Assembly: GCA_964640965.1 (NCBI GenBank)
Contig: CAZXJB010000001.1
Span: 6,150 to 70,149 of the forward strand
Direction of reading: 5' to 3'
Origin: an uncultured Actinomycetes bacterium
GTDB taxonomy: Bacteria > Actinomycetota > UBA4738 > HRBIN12
DNA length: 64,000 bases
Shown: positions 18,807 to 28,913 of the stretch, piece after piece
Layout: the number at the start of each line of letters is the position of its first letter
Numbering within the stretch: the stretch's first letter is position 1
The notes under the pieces: model-generated
What the model was told of the DNA's origin: nothing
Seen by the model: only the letters and a program-made list of their open reading frames with translations
Database searches by the model: none
Position numbers and translations under genes: made by a program

Positions 18807-20240
18807 TCACACGTCGGAGAAGTAGACGTTCTTCACCTCGGTGTAGAGGTTCACGGCGTGCATGCCCATCTCGCGTCCGATGCCGCTCCGCTTGTACCCG
18901 CCGAAAGGCGCCTCGGTGTGCACGCTGCTCGAGGAGTTGACCGAGAGGACCCCGGTGCGGATGGCCTTGGCCACGCGGATCGCCCGCCCCAGGTTCTGCG
19001 TCCAGATCGAGCCCGACAGGCCGTACACCGTGTCGTTCGCCAGGCGGATGACCTCCTCCTCGTCGTCGAAGGGGATCATGCACGCGACCGGGCCGAAGAT
19101 CTCCTCCTGCGCCACACGCCACCGGTTGTCGACGTCGGCGAGCACCGTCGGGCGCAGGAAGTACCCGGGCCCCTCCGGGACCTCGCCGCCCGTGACCTTG
19201 CGCGCGCCCTCCTGCAGCCCGATCTCGATGTACTCGAGCGAGGTCCGCCGCTGCCCCTCGGAGATCAGCGGGCCCATCTCGGTCCCCTCGTCGAGCGGGT
19301 CGCCCACCGCGATCGAGGAGGTCCGCTTGGCGAAGCGCTCGACGAACTCGTCGTAGATCGGCCGCTGGATGAACGCCCTCGAGCGCGCGCAGCAGTCCTG
19401 CCCGGCGTTGTCGAAGACCGACCACACCGAGCTCTCCACGCAGGCATCCAGGTCGGCGTCGGCGAACACGATGTTCGCCGACTTGCCCCCGAGCTCGAGC
19501 GAGACCCGGGAGATGTTCTCCGCTGCCGCCCGCATCACCTGGGTGCCGACCTCGGTGGAGCCGGTGAAGCTGATCTTCGCCACGCGCGGGTCCGAGATCA
19601 GCGCGCCCGCCACCGAGGATCCGGGGCCGGGGAGGACGCTGAGCGTCCCCTCCGGCAGGCCGACCTCGGCGAGGATGTCGGCGAGCGCGAGGGCCGTGAG
19701 CGGCGTCTGCGAGGCTGGCTTCACCACCGCGGTGTTCCCGCATGCGAGCGCCGGCGCGATCTTCCAGGACGCGATGGCCGCCGGGAAGTTCCAGGGCGTG
19801 ATGAGGGCGCACACGCCCACCGGCTCTCGCAGCGTGACGTCGAGGCCCGGCGGCACGATCGGGATCGTCTCGCCGAAGATCTTGTTCGCCGCCCCACCCC
19901 AGTACTCGAAGACGTTCGCCACGATGTCGATCTCGCCGCGGGCCGCGTTGATCGGCTTCCCGCCGTTGCGGGCCTCCAGGCGGGCGAGCTCCTCCCGCCG
20001 CTCGCGGATCAGGAGCGAGGCGCGCGTGAGCAGCCTCCCCCGCTCCCTGGCGCTCGTGCGGGGCCACGGGCCCTCCTCGAAGGCCCGAGTCGCGATCTCG
20101 ACGGCGCGCCGGGCATCCTCCGGCCCGGCCTTGGCCACCACCGCCATCGGCTCGCCGGTCGCCGGCTCGATGACCTCGTAGGTCTCGCCCTCCGCGGCCG
20201 CGACCCGCTTCCCACCCAGCACGAGCATCTCCGCGCTCAT
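18807..20240 (-). CDS. NAD(P)-dependent aldehyde dehydrogenase
   Basis: ALDH motifs are present: 'ITPWNFP', 'GNTAVVKPAS', 'ELGGKSANIVFADAD', 'GQDCCARSRAF'. Confidence 0.9.
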   Translation of the reverse strand: MSAEMLVLGGKRVAAAEGETYEVIEPATGEPMAVVAKAGPEDARRAVEIATRAFEEGPWPRTSARERGRLLTRASLLIRERREELARLEARNGGKPINAARGEIDIVANVFEYWGGAANKIFGETIPIVPPGLDVTLREPVGVCALITPWNFPAAIASWKIAPALACGNTAVVKPASQTPLTALALADILAEVGLPEGTLSVLPGPGSSVAGALISDPRVAKISFTGSTEVGTQVMRAAAENISRVSLELGGKSANIVFADADLDACVESSVWSVFDNAGQDCCARSRAFIQRPIYDEFVERFAKRTSSIAVGDPLDEGTEMGPLISEGQRRTSLEYIEIGLQEGARKVTGGEVPEGPGYFLRPTVLADVDNRWRVAQEEIFGPVACMIPFDDEEEVIRLANDTVYGLSGSIWTQNLGRAIRVAKAIRTGVLSVNSSSSVHTEAPFGGYKRSGIGREMGMHAVNLYTEVKNVYFSDV

Positions 20241-20357
20241 CGCGAGGCCTCCTCCCCGAGACGTTAGCTGGATGATAGGGCCTCGGGTCGCTCACGTTCC
20301 TGTGCGCGCTGCTCTATGCTCGCGTGCGTCCGCAGGCACGATCGACAGGAGGTCGAC

Positions 20358-21137
20358 ATGGGACGCCTGGAGGGGAAGGTCGCCCTCATCACCGGGGGGG
20401 CGAGCGGGATGGGGATGGTGGCCTCCAAGCTGTTCGCCGCCGAGGGCGCGAAGGTGGTGCTCACCGACGTCGCGGACGAGGCGGGCGAGCGGGTCGCCGA
20501 CGAGATCCGGGCCGCCGGCGGGCAGGCCCACTACGTCCACGCCGACGTGAGCGTGGAGGACGAGGCCGCCGCGATGGTCCGCGCCGGCGTCGAGCGCTTC
20601 GGCGGGCTCCACGTGCTCTACAACAACGCCGGGGTGATGCTGCCCGACGACGGCTCGGTCACCACGACGGACGTGGCGATCTGGGACCGCACGCTCGCGA
20701 TCAACGTGAAGGGCGTCGCCTTCGGCTGCAAGCACGGGATCCCGGCGATGCTCGACTCCGGCGGCGGCTCGATCATCAACGTCGCCTCCTTCGTCGCGTG
20801 GATGGGCGCGGCGACCTCGCAGACGGCCTACACCGCCTCCAAGGGAGCGGTGCTGTCGATGACGCGCGAGATCGCCGTCGAGTACGCCCGCAAGGGCATC
20901 CGCTGCAACGCGCTCTGCCCGGGGCCGATCGAGACGCCGCTGCTCATGCAGCTGCTCTCGGACGAGGCCGCGCGCCAGCGCCGGTTCGTCCACATCCCGA
21001 TGGGCAGGCTCGGGAAGGCCGAGGAGCTCGCCAAGGCGGCCCTGTTCCTCGCCTCGGACGACTCCTCGTTCATGACCGGGGCCTCCCTCATCGTCGACGG
21101 CGGGATCACCGCCGCCTACGTGACGCCGGAGGACTGA
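20358..21137 (+). CDS. SDR family oxidoreductase
   Basis: It has the 'TGGASGMG' Rossmann motif and the 'YTASKGAV' catalytic motif. An AGGAGG RBS lies 6 nt before ATG 20358. Confidence 0.9.
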   Translation: MGRLEGKVALITGGASGMGMVASKLFAAEGAKVVLTDVADEAGERVADEIRAAGGQAHYVHADVSVEDEAAAMVRAGVERFGGLHVLYNNAGVMLPDDGSVTTTDVAIWDRTLAINVKGVAFGCKHGIPAMLDSGGGSIINVASFVAWMGAATSQTAYTASKGAVLSMTREIAVEYARKGIRCNALCPGPIETPLLMQLLSDEAARQRRFVHIPMGRLGKAEELAKAALFLASDDSSFMTGASLIVDGGITAAYVTPED

Positions 21138-21146
21138 ACGGGCGGG

Positions 21147-21425
21147 GTGCCGGGGTCGCTGCTCGCCTTCGGGGTCCCCACCTGGCCGACGGTCGGCCGC
21201 TCGTGGGATCCCTGGTCCCTCGCGCTCCCCCTGCTCGGGATCGTGATGGCGCGCACGCTGTTCGGGGTCCCGCTCACGGCGCGCTCCACGGCCGTCCTCG
21301 CGCTCGGTGGCACGGCGGCGGCGTGGCTCGTCCCGCCCCTCGGCCTGCTGCCCGCGATCGGGCTCGGCCTCCTCGCCCTCACCGCCTGGACGCTCGTCCG
21401 GCGGTCCCGGCCGAGGGAGCGCTGA
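21147..21425 (+). CDS. small hydrophobic membrane protein, 92 aa
   Basis: A GTG start lies 10 nt after the SDR stop. Three hydrophobic segments are predicted. Confidence 0.35.
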   Translation: MPGSLLAFGVPTWPTVGRSWDPWSLALPLLGIVMARTLFGVPLTARSTAVLALGGTAAAWLVPPLGLLPAIGLGLLALTAWTLVRRSRPRER

Positions 21426-21431
21426 CCCCCG

Positions 21432-22955
21432 CTACCCGGAGCCGAAGACCGGCGCGAGCGCGAAGTAGACCTCGCGGTAGCGGCGGTAGGCCTCCTCGTA
21501 CGCCTCGCGCCGCTCGGGGTCGGGCTCGTGCTCATCGGGCCGGAACGCGACGAACGCCTCCACCGCCTCAGCGACGGTGGCGTGCACACGGGCGCCCACG
21601 GCGGCGAGGATCGCCGCGCCCGTCGCGGTGGTCTCCACGCTCACCGGCACGCGGACCGGCAGACCCGTGACGTCGGCCTTGATCTGCCGCCACAGCGAGC
21701 CCTTCGCCCCGCCGCCCACGATCGTGAGGCGCCGGACCGCGAGGCCCGCCGCCCCCATCGCCTCGAGGATGTCGCGGAGGGCGAACGCGCTCCCCTCCAG
21801 GATCGCCCGGGTCATGTGCGCCCGGGTGTGCGCGAGCGTGAGCCCGTAGAACACGCCCCGAGCGGCGCCGTTCCACTCCGGCGCCATGGCGCCCTGCATG
21901 CAGGGCAGGAACACGAGCCCCTCGGCCCCGGGCGGGATGCGCTCGGCATCCCCCGCGAGCAGGTCGTAGGCGTCCCCGTCGCCGTTCGCCTCCGCCGCCC
22001 GCTCCGGGTGCCCGAACTGGTCCCGCCACCACCGGAGGTTCCCGCCCGAGACGAACCCGGGGTTCTCGAGCAGCCACGCGTCCGGATCGGCGTGCGGATG
22101 GCACTCGACGAGCATCGTCGGATCCTCGCGGGGCTCGGCCGAGGCCGCGCACACCGGCTCCGCCGTACCCACGACATCGCACACCTCCCCCGGTGCGAAC
22201 ACGCCCGCGCCGAGCGTCGCAGCCATCTCGTCGCCGCACCCGACGGCGACGACCGTCTCCGGCGCGAGGCCCGTGGCCTCAGCGAAAGCCCCCGTCACCG
22301 TCCCCACGGGCTGGGTGGCGGGCAGGACCTCGGGCAGCATCTCGACCGGGATCTCGGTCGCCTCCAGCACCTCCGCCGACCACGTGCGCGTGCGCGGGTC
22401 GAGCAGGGCGAGGGACGAGGCGTTCGAGAAGTCCACCGCGAGGACGCCCGTGACCTCGCGCAGCACGTAGCTGCCCGGCGGCATGAGCCGCCGGGCGCCC
22501 GACCAGACCTCCGGCTCCTCGTCGCGGACCCAGAGGGCCTTGAACACCGCGTGCGAGGAGTCCAGGTTCGCGCCCACCCGCCGGTAGAACTCCTCGGGCG
22601 CCATCCGCTCCGCGAGCCTCGCGGCCTGCGCCTCGGCGCGGCGATCCATCCAGATCATCGCCGGGCGGAGGGGCCGGCCTTCCCCGTCGCACACCACCAT
22701 GCCGTCGAGCTGCGACCCGAACGACAGGCCCCGCACGGCGGACGGGCCCTCGGGGACGTGCGCGAGCAGCTCGCGCACGCCGGCGATCACGGCCTCGGGC
22801 CAGGCGCGCGGATCCTGCTCCGCGGCCCCCGGGAACGGGAACGAGAGCTCGTAGGCCTGGTAGGAGGAGGCGACGAGGGTCCCGTCGGCCGAATAGAGGG
22901 CGCAGTTCGTGCCCTGGGACCCGACGTCGCACCCGATCACGTACGGCCCGCTCAC
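21432..22955 (-). CDS. FGGY-family carbohydrate kinase (xylulokinase/ribulokinase-like)
   Basis: 'YVIGCDVGSQG' and FGGY N- and C-domains are present. The GTG start overlaps the upstream stop (GTGA). Confidence 0.85.
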   Translation of the reverse strand: MSGPYVIGCDVGSQGTNCALYSADGTLVASSYQAYELSFPFPGAAEQDPRAWPEAVIAGVRELLAHVPEGPSAVRGLSFGSQLDGMVVCDGEGRPLRPAMIWMDRRAEAQAARLAERMAPEEFYRRVGANLDSSHAVFKALWVRDEEPEVWSGARRLMPPGSYVLREVTGVLAVDFSNASSLALLDPRTRTWSAEVLEATEIPVEMLPEVLPATQPVGTVTGAFAEATGLAPETVVAVGCGDEMAATLGAGVFAPGEVCDVVGTAEPVCAASAEPREDPTMLVECHPHADPDAWLLENPGFVSGGNLRWWRDQFGHPERAAEANGDGDAYDLLAGDAERIPPGAEGLVFLPCMQGAMAPEWNGAARGVFYGLTLAHTRAHMTRAILEGSAFALRDILEAMGAAGLAVRRLTIVGGGAKGSLWRQIKADVTGLPVRVPVSVETTATGAAILAAVGARVHATVAEAVEAFVAFRPDEHEPDPERREAYEEAYRRYREVYFALAPVFGSG

Positions 22956-24004
22956 GGCAGGATCACCATCTTCAGGCCCGCCCCGGCGCGGATCGTCTCG
23001 AAGGCCTCGGCGATGCGCTCGAGCGGGAACCGGTGCGTGACGACCCCGGCGAGGTCGTCCTTGCGCCGATCCAGGTAGCCCATCGTGATCCGGTACTGCC
23101 GGTGGGTCGCGCCGTAGGCCCCGAGGATCGCGAGCTCCTTGTAGTGCAGCTGGTTCATGTCGAGGGGGCTCACGGGGTCGTGCTTCGGCAGGCCGGCGAA
23201 GTACACGACGCGGGCGCGCTTGGCCGCCATCTCGAGCGCCGCCTGCTGCGCCGGCTTGGCCGGCGCGGCCACGCTGATGCGCTCGGCGCCGCGACCCTCC
23301 GTCCGCCGCATGACCTCCTCGACCCCGTTGTCCTCGCCCGCCACCCACGCGTCGTCCACGAAGCGTCCCACGACGCCGAGCGCGATCTCCAGGCGTTCGG
23401 CGTTCACGTCGCTCAGGTACACGCGGCCGGCCCCGCGGTCCCGGCACATCACCGCCTGCCAGCAGCCGATCGGCCCGGCGCCGAGGATCATCACCGTGTC
23501 GCCGAGCCCCACGTCGAGCACCTCGACCCCGTTCAGCGCGCACGCGAACGGGTCGGCCACGGTCGCGAGATCGGACGGCAGGTCCGGGGGCAGCGGGATG
23601 AGGTTCTTCGTCGCGATGGCCGGCACCGAGGCGACCTCCGCGTAGGCGCCCGGGAAGGGCTCGTAGCCGTACAGCAGGTGGCGCTCGCAGAGGTTCTGAT
23701 GCCCGTCCACGCACCAGCGGCAGTCCCCGCACGTGAGGATCGAGCCGAGGAAGACCCGCGAGCCCTTGGCCACGCCCGCGGGGAGCGCGGCCTCCGGGCC
23801 GACCTCCTCGAGCACCCCCACGGGCTCGTGCCCGAGCACCCAGGGGACCGGCGCGCGCGGGTCGCCGTTGAAGAACGTCCGCGCGTCGGTCCCGCAGATC
23901 CCGCACGCCTCGACCCGCAGCAGCGCGCCGCTCGGCTCGAGCTTCGGCTCCTCGGTCTCCCGGACCTCCACGGCGTTCACCGCCGTCATGAAGGCGGCCT
24001 TCAT
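22952..24004 (-). CDS. zinc-dependent MDR alcohol/polyol dehydrogenase (sorbitol/threonine dehydrogenase-like)
   Basis: Zinc and Rossmann motifs 'CGICGTDARTF', 'GHEPVG' and 'GAGPIGC' are present. ATG 24004 has a GGGGGTGAGGG RBS and an ATGA overlap. Confidence 0.85.
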   Translation of the reverse strand: MKAAFMTAVNAVEVRETEEPKLEPSGALLRVEACGICGTDARTFFNGDPRAPVPWVLGHEPVGVLEEVGPEAALPAGVAKGSRVFLGSILTCGDCRWCVDGHQNLCERHLLYGYEPFPGAYAEVASVPAIATKNLIPLPPDLPSDLATVADPFACALNGVEVLDVGLGDTVMILGAGPIGCWQAVMCRDRGAGRVYLSDVNAERLEIALGVVGRFVDDAWVAGEDNGVEEVMRRTEGRGAERISVAAPAKPAQQAALEMAAKRARVVYFAGLPKHDPVSPLDMNQLHYKELAILGAYGATHRQYRITMGYLDRRKDDLAGVVTHRFPLERIAEAFETIRAGAGLKMVILP

Positions 24005-24840
24005 GCCCTCACCCCCTCGAGCTCGGCCTGGAGCGCCTCGTGCGCGTCCTCCGCGCTCCACCGCTCGCGGATCACCCGGGACAGCGCCCGCGTGATCGCC
24101 TCCGGCGAGCGGTGCATGAAGATGTTCCTCCCGACCGAGCAGCCGATCGCCCCGGCCTCCACCGCCACCTGCATCCGCCACAGGAGCTCCCGATCCTCCA
24201 AGCGGGACCCACCGGCGAGCACGAGGGGGATGCCGCTCGCGGCTTCGACGAGCTTCGCGAAGGACCCGGGGTCCCCGGGCCAGTTCGTCTTCACGATGTC
24301 GGCGCCGAGCTCGGCGCACAGCCGGACGTTGCGGCGCAGGTACTCGAACCCGTACTGCTGCTTGAGCTCCTCGACCGTCGCGTAGGTCGTCGGGAACTCG
24401 GCCTCGGCGATGAACGGCATGCCGAGCTGCGCGCACTCACGCCCGACGCCGGCGAGGATCTCGATCATCTCGGGCTCGGTCTCCCCCCCGAGGGCCGTGA
24501 AGAGCACGACCGCGTCCGCGCCGAGCACGAGCGCCTCCTCGACCTCGGCGATCTGGACGATCCTCGGCCGATCCCCGTCCGGGTTCGCCGAGGCCGAGAG
24601 CAGCAACGCGAGCGAGGTGGTCGGCGAGAACGCCGGCTCCGCCACCCGGATCATGCCCTTGCTCATCATGATGACGTTCGCGCCGCCGGCGACCGCCTCC
24701 GCGGTGCGCTCGGTGATCCCCGCGAGCGGCTCGAGGAACGTCGGCGAGGTCATCCCGTGATCCAGGGCGCAGATGATCGAGACGCCCGCGGGGTCGATCA
24801 CCCGCTTCAACCGCATCGCCTTGCCCACCTCAGTACTCAC
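24001..24840 (-). CDS. DeoC/LacD/DhnA-type class I aldolase
   Basis: It has a TIM-barrel aldolase signature with the Schiff-base region 'DFIKTSTG'-like 'DIVKTNWPGD'. An AGGAGGAA RBS precedes GTG 24840. Confidence 0.7.
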   Translation of the reverse strand: MSTEVGKAMRLKRVIDPAGVSIICALDHGMTSPTFLEPLAGITERTAEAVAGGANVIMMSKGMIRVAEPAFSPTTSLALLLSASANPDGDRPRIVQIAEVEEALVLGADAVVLFTALGGETEPEMIEILAGVGRECAQLGMPFIAEAEFPTTYATVEELKQQYGFEYLRRNVRLCAELGADIVKTNWPGDPGSFAKLVEAASGIPLVLAGGSRLEDRELLWRMQVAVEAGAIGCSVGRNIFMHRSPEAITRALSRVIRERWSAEDAHEALQAELEGVRA

Positions 24841-25574
24841 GCATTCCTCCTTCCCGGACCCCTGCGAACGACGGAGAACTCGAACGCATCCACGAGGTGG
24901 TGCTCGTGCGAGGACACCACCGGCCGTCCCGACTCATCGAAATCCACCTGCCGCAGGTACAGCACCAGCGTGCCTCGGGGCACCTCGAGGAGCGACGCGA
25001 GGTGACGGTCGGCGCGGATCGGTCGGAAGGTCGCGAGCCCGTGGTGCACCACGATGCCGCGGTCGCGCTCCAGCACCTCGTAGACCGAGCCGGTGCGGAG
25101 CCGCTCGTGCACCGCGGGATCCTCGCCGATCACCCGCAGCGGCAGGATGTCGCGGGCGATCACCACCGGCTGCCCGTCGGCGGTGCGGACCCGATCGACC
25201 ACGAGCAGATCCTCGCCGGGCTCGACCTCGAGCCGCTCGGCCTCCTCCGCCCACGCGGCCTCGGTCCGGACCTCCGCCCGCTTGGTCCCCGGCTGCTTCC
25301 CCGAGGCTCGGATCGCGTCCGTGACCCCGAAGTTGGCGTCGAGGCTGTTCGGCATCCTCGGGCGGTCGACGACGAAGGTCCCCGCCCCGCGCGTCCGCCG
25401 CAGGAGCCCCTCCTCCTCCAGGGAGCGGAGCGCCTCGCGCAGCGTCGCCCGGGAGACCCCGAGCTCGGCCGCGAGCTGCGGCTCGGGCGGCAGCTGGCTG
25501 CCCGCGGGCGCCGCCAGGATCCGCTCGACGACGTCCCGCCGCACCGCGCTCGTCTTCGATCTCGCTCGCGCCAT
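24837..25574 (-). CDS. GntR-family transcriptional regulator (HutC subfamily, UTRA effector domain)
   Basis: An N-terminal wHTH 'LPPEPQLAAELGVSRATLREALRSLEEEGLLRR' and a C-terminal UTRA-like domain are present. Confidence 0.85.
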   Translation of the reverse strand: MARARSKTSAVRRDVVERILAAPAGSQLPPEPQLAAELGVSRATLREALRSLEEEGLLRRTRGAGTFVVDRPRMPNSLDANFGVTDAIRASGKQPGTKRAEVRTEAAWAEEAERLEVEPGEDLLVVDRVRTADGQPVVIARDILPLRVIGEDPAVHERLRTGSVYEVLERDRGIVVHHGLATFRPIRADRHLASLLEVPRGTLVLYLRQVDFDESGRPVVSSHEHHLVDAFEFSVVRRGPGRRNA

Positions 25575-25604
25575 GCGCCCTCCCGTCGGTGTGACCCACG
25601 ATAT

Positions 25605-25615
25605 TTGTCCGACAA
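25605..25615. promoter_or_regulatory. palindrome TTGTC-C-GACAA; candidate GntR operator in the divergent intergenic region
   Basis: An 11-bp dyad is read directly. It lies 31 bp upstream of the GntR start. Confidence 0.35.
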
Positions 25616-25683
25616 GCCGCCAGCGTCAACCCGCCATCAGCGGCCCCACCCTCGCCGTCAGCCCCGGGAACGGCCGCGACGCC

Positions 25684-25724
25684 TGTTTGACAAACTCGGC
25701 TGTTTGGGGCTCAATACCGCCCAA
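25684..25724. promoter_or_regulatory. dyad elements GTTTG-A-CAAAC (containing TTGACA) and GTTTGG-N12-CCAAAC; candidate operators or promoter
   Basis: The elements are read directly. They lie 45-85 bp upstream of the ethanolamine-permease start. Confidence 0.3.
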
Positions 25725-25766
25725 ACGTCCGACGGCCGGGTGCGTGGCCCGGGAGGAGGTGGCGCC

Positions 25767-27365
25767 GTGTCGGAACGCAGGAAGGTGGGCTCGGTCACCT
25801 ACGAGGAGGTGGGCGAGGAGTACTTCGAGAAGCGCGGCCTGCGGCGACATGCGGCCTTCTGGTCGCTCTGGTCGCTCGGCGTCGCGGCCGTCATCTCGGG
25901 AGACTTCTACGGCTGGAACGTCGGGCTCGACGCCGGGGGGTTCGGCGGCCTCCTCGTCGCCACGGTGGTCGTGGCGATCATGTACTACGGCCTGTGCTTC
26001 AGCATCGCCGAGATGTCCCCGGCGCTGCCCCACACCGGCGGCGCGTACTCCTTCGCGCGCTCCGCGATGGGCCCCTGGGGCGGGTTCATCACCGGCCTCG
26101 CCGAGAACATGGAGTACGTGATCACGCCGGCCGTCGTGGTGTCGGCGATGGGCTTCCTCATGCACGACATCATGAAGGGCCTCCTCGACGTCGCCGGGGA
26201 GCCCGTGTGGAACAGCCCGGTGACGTGGATGGCGGTCTTCTACGTGATCTTCGTCGGGATCAACATCTCCGGCATCGAGGCCACGATGCGCTTCACGGTC
26301 GCCGTGAACATCGTGGCGCTCGGGATCCTCGGGGTCTTCTTCATCGCGGCCCTCGTCTCCGGGAAGCTCGACACCGCGAACTGGACGGACATCACGCCGC
26401 AGGCGGGCGGGTCGACGTTCTTCCCCAAGGGTCTCGGCGGGATCTTCCCCGCGATCCCGTTCGCGATCTGGTTCTTCCTCGCGATCGAGGAGCTGCCGCT
26501 CGCGGCCGAGGAGTCGATGGACCCCCGTCGCGACATCCCGAGGGCCACGATCTGGGGGATGACGACCCTCGTCATCACCGGCGCGCTGACGCTGTTCCTG
26601 AACACCGGCGTCGTGCCCGCCTCGCAGCTCGGCGTCTCGGCCACGCCGCTGTTCGACGGCTTCAAGGCCATCTTCGGCGAGGGGACCTCGGCCGAGCTGC
26701 TCGGCCTCATCGGGCTCTTCGGCCTCATCGCGAGCTTCTTCACGATCATCTACGCGTACGGCCGCAACACCTACTCGCTGTCCCGGGCGGGGTACTTCCC
26801 CAAGTGGCTGTCGCTCACGCACGGGACGCGGAAGACCCCCCACGTGGCGCTGATCGCGGGCGCCGTCGTGGGCTACGCGCTCGCGGTCCTGATGTACTGG
26901 CTGGGCCAGCAGGAGGGCGAGCTCGCCGGCAAGGTCGTCGGCGCGCTCCTGTACATGGCGGTCTTCGGCGCGGTCATCTCCTACGCGATGCAGTGCCTGT
27001 CGTTCATCCTGCTGCGCCAGAAGATGCCGCACATCCAGCGGCCGTACCGGAGCCCGGTCGGCGAGTGGGGCGCGGCGATCGCGGGGATCATCGCCATCGT
27101 GTCGCTGATCTCGCTGTACGGGAACGCCGACTACCGTCCCGGCGTGGTGGGAACGCTGATCTACTTCGTCCTCGGGATGCTGTACTTCGCCATCGCCGGG
27201 CGGCACCGGCTGGTGCTCTCGCCGGAGGAGGAGTTCGCCCTCACGAAGGGCGAGCGCGGGATCCCCGACGAGGCCGGGTTCGTCGCCTCTCGCGAGGAGC
27301 AGGAGGCGATCCTCCGCGGCGAGAGCGGGGGAGGCACGGGCGGTGGGCAGACGCCCTCCGACTGA
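25767..27365 (+). CDS. APC-superfamily permease, ethanolamine permease (Eat/EutP)-like
   Basis: The product has about 12 TM helices. A GGGAGGAGGTGG RBS precedes GTG 25767. The first 290 codons of track ORF 24897..27365 are antisense to the GntR gene and were rejected. Confidence 0.8.
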   Translation: MSERRKVGSVTYEEVGEEYFEKRGLRRHAAFWSLWSLGVAAVISGDFYGWNVGLDAGGFGGLLVATVVVAIMYYGLCFSIAEMSPALPHTGGAYSFARSAMGPWGGFITGLAENMEYVITPAVVVSAMGFLMHDIMKGLLDVAGEPVWNSPVTWMAVFYVIFVGINISGIEATMRFTVAVNIVALGILGVFFIAALVSGKLDTANWTDITPQAGGSTFFPKGLGGIFPAIPFAIWFFLAIEELPLAAEESMDPRRDIPRATIWGMTTLVITGALTLFLNTGVVPASQLGVSATPLFDGFKAIFGEGTSAELLGLIGLFGLIASFFTIIYAYGRNTYSLSRAGYFPKWLSLTHGTRKTPHVALIAGAVVGYALAVLMYWLGQQEGELAGKVVGALLYMAVFGAVISYAMQCLSFILLRQKMPHIQRPYRSPVGEWGAAIAGIIAIVSLISLYGNADYRPGVVGTLIYFVLGMLYFAIAGRHRLVLSPEEEFALTKGERGIPDEAGFVASREEQEAILRGESGGGTGGGQTPSD

Positions 27366-27453
27366 GAGCGGAGCACCGATGGAGGTGGGGGCGGCGGCCG
27401 ATACGGCCGCCGCCTTCGTGAGGACCGAGGTACCGGAACCGTAAGGAGGGACG

Positions 27454-28836
27454 ATGCAGCGGCAGGGAACGTTGACGGCGAAGGAGCTCGAGGAGCTCGC
27501 CGACGCCGGTGAGGTCGACACCGTCCTGTGCATGTTCACCGACCTGCAGGGCCGGTTCATGGGCAAGCGCGTGATCCCGCACTTCTTCCTCGAGGAGATC
27601 CTCGGCGAGGAGGGCCTGCACGCGTGCCTGTACCTGCTCGCGATCGACATGGAGATGGAGCCGCTCCCCGGTTACCGGTACGCGAGCTGGGAGACCGGCT
27701 ACGGGGACTTCCGCATGGTCCCCGACCTGTCGACCCTGCGCTGGTGCCCGTGGCTCGAGAAGACCGTCATGGTGATCTGCGACATCGCCGACGAGGAGAC
27801 GCGGGAGCCGGTCGAGGTCGCGCCGCGCCAGATCCTGAAGCGGCAGATCGAGCGGGCCGCCCAGAAGGGCTACGTCTTCAAGACCGGGTCGGAGCTGGAG
27901 TTCTACCTCTTCAAGGACTCCTACGACGAGATCGCGGACTCCGGCTACCGGAACCTGCGGCCCACCTCCTCGTACATCATGGACTACCACATGCTCCAGA
28001 CGACGAAGGACGAGTGGGTCATCCGGCAGATCCGCAACGGCATGCTCGGTGCGGGGCTCCCCGTGGAGTTCAGCAAGGGCGAGTTCGGCAAGGGACAGCA
28101 CGAGATCAACATCACCTACGCGGACGCGCTCACGACGGCCGACTACCACGCCTTCTACAAGCACGGGGTCAAGGAGATCTGCGCGGCCAACGGCGTCGCC
28201 GCGACCTTCATGGCCAAGTGGTCGATGGCCGAGGCTGGGTCATCCTGCCACATGCACTCGAGCGTGTGGAACGCCGACGGCAGCGAGTCCCTGATGTGGG
28301 AGGAGTCGGCCCCGCACCACCTCTCGGAGACGGCGCGCTACTTCCTCGGCGGCCTCCTCGCGACCGCCCGTGAGATGGCCTGGATGTACGCGCCGTTCGT
28401 GAACTCCTACAAGCGGTACCAGCTGGGCTCGTGGGCGCCCACCGCGATCGTGTGGAGCCGCGACAACCGCACCTGCGGCTTCCGGGTGGTCGGGGAGCAC
28501 AAGGGCCTGCGGATCGAGAACCGGATCCCCGGCGCCGACGTGAACCCCTACCTCGGCTACGCGGCCACGATCGCGAGCGGTCTGTGGGGGATCGAGAACC
28601 GGGTGGAGGCGCCCGAGATGTTCGTCGGGAACGCCTACGAGGCCAAGGACGTCCCGCGCGTCCCGACCGCCCTCCACGAGGCGATCGAGACGTTCCGGGG
28701 AAGCCAGGTCGCCCGCGAGGCGTTCGGCGACTTCGTGTTCGAGCACCTGTTGAACACGGCGGAGCAGGAGCAGATCATCTTCGACAACACGGTCGTGACG
28801 GACTGGGAGCTCGCCCGCTACTTCGAGCGCGGCTGA
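27454..28836 (+). CDS. glutamine synthetase family protein (GS type I-like, gamma-glutamyl-ethanolamide/polyamine synthetase GlnA4/PuuA-like)
   Basis: The GS catalytic domain is recognisable ('ELEFYLF', 'KGEFGKGQHEINI', 'NSYKRY'). It sits immediately downstream of the ethanolamine-type permease. Confidence 0.9.
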   Translation: MQRQGTLTAKELEELADAGEVDTVLCMFTDLQGRFMGKRVIPHFFLEEILGEEGLHACLYLLAIDMEMEPLPGYRYASWETGYGDFRMVPDLSTLRWCPWLEKTVMVICDIADEETREPVEVAPRQILKRQIERAAQKGYVFKTGSELEFYLFKDSYDEIADSGYRNLRPTSSYIMDYHMLQTTKDEWVIRQIRNGMLGAGLPVEFSKGEFGKGQHEINITYADALTTADYHAFYKHGVKEICAANGVAATFMAKWSMAEAGSSCHMHSSVWNADGSESLMWEESAPHHLSETARYFLGGLLATAREMAWMYAPFVNSYKRYQLGSWAPTAIVWSRDNRTCGFRVVGEHKGLRIENRIPGADVNPYLGYAATIASGLWGIENRVEAPEMFVGNAYEAKDVPRVPTALHEAIETFRGSQVAREAFGDFVFEHLLNTAEQEQIIFDNTVVTDWELARYFERG

Positions 28837-28913
28837 GCTGACGCGACGAGCGGTCGGATCCCCGCGAGCCGCGGAGAGGGGAGGCGGAGCGGGACGGATC
28901 GAGGAGGAGGGCG

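Noticed and set aside
16864-20295. A 1143-aa minus-strand ORF, and the 1250-aa ORF 44988..48740, taken as single giant genes
   Set aside because: The first is antisense and out of frame over the cNMP/CBS gene and only coincides with the ALDH region. The second is a read-through frame that actually contains three separate genes (short ALDH, ALDH, deoC) with their own RBS and starts.
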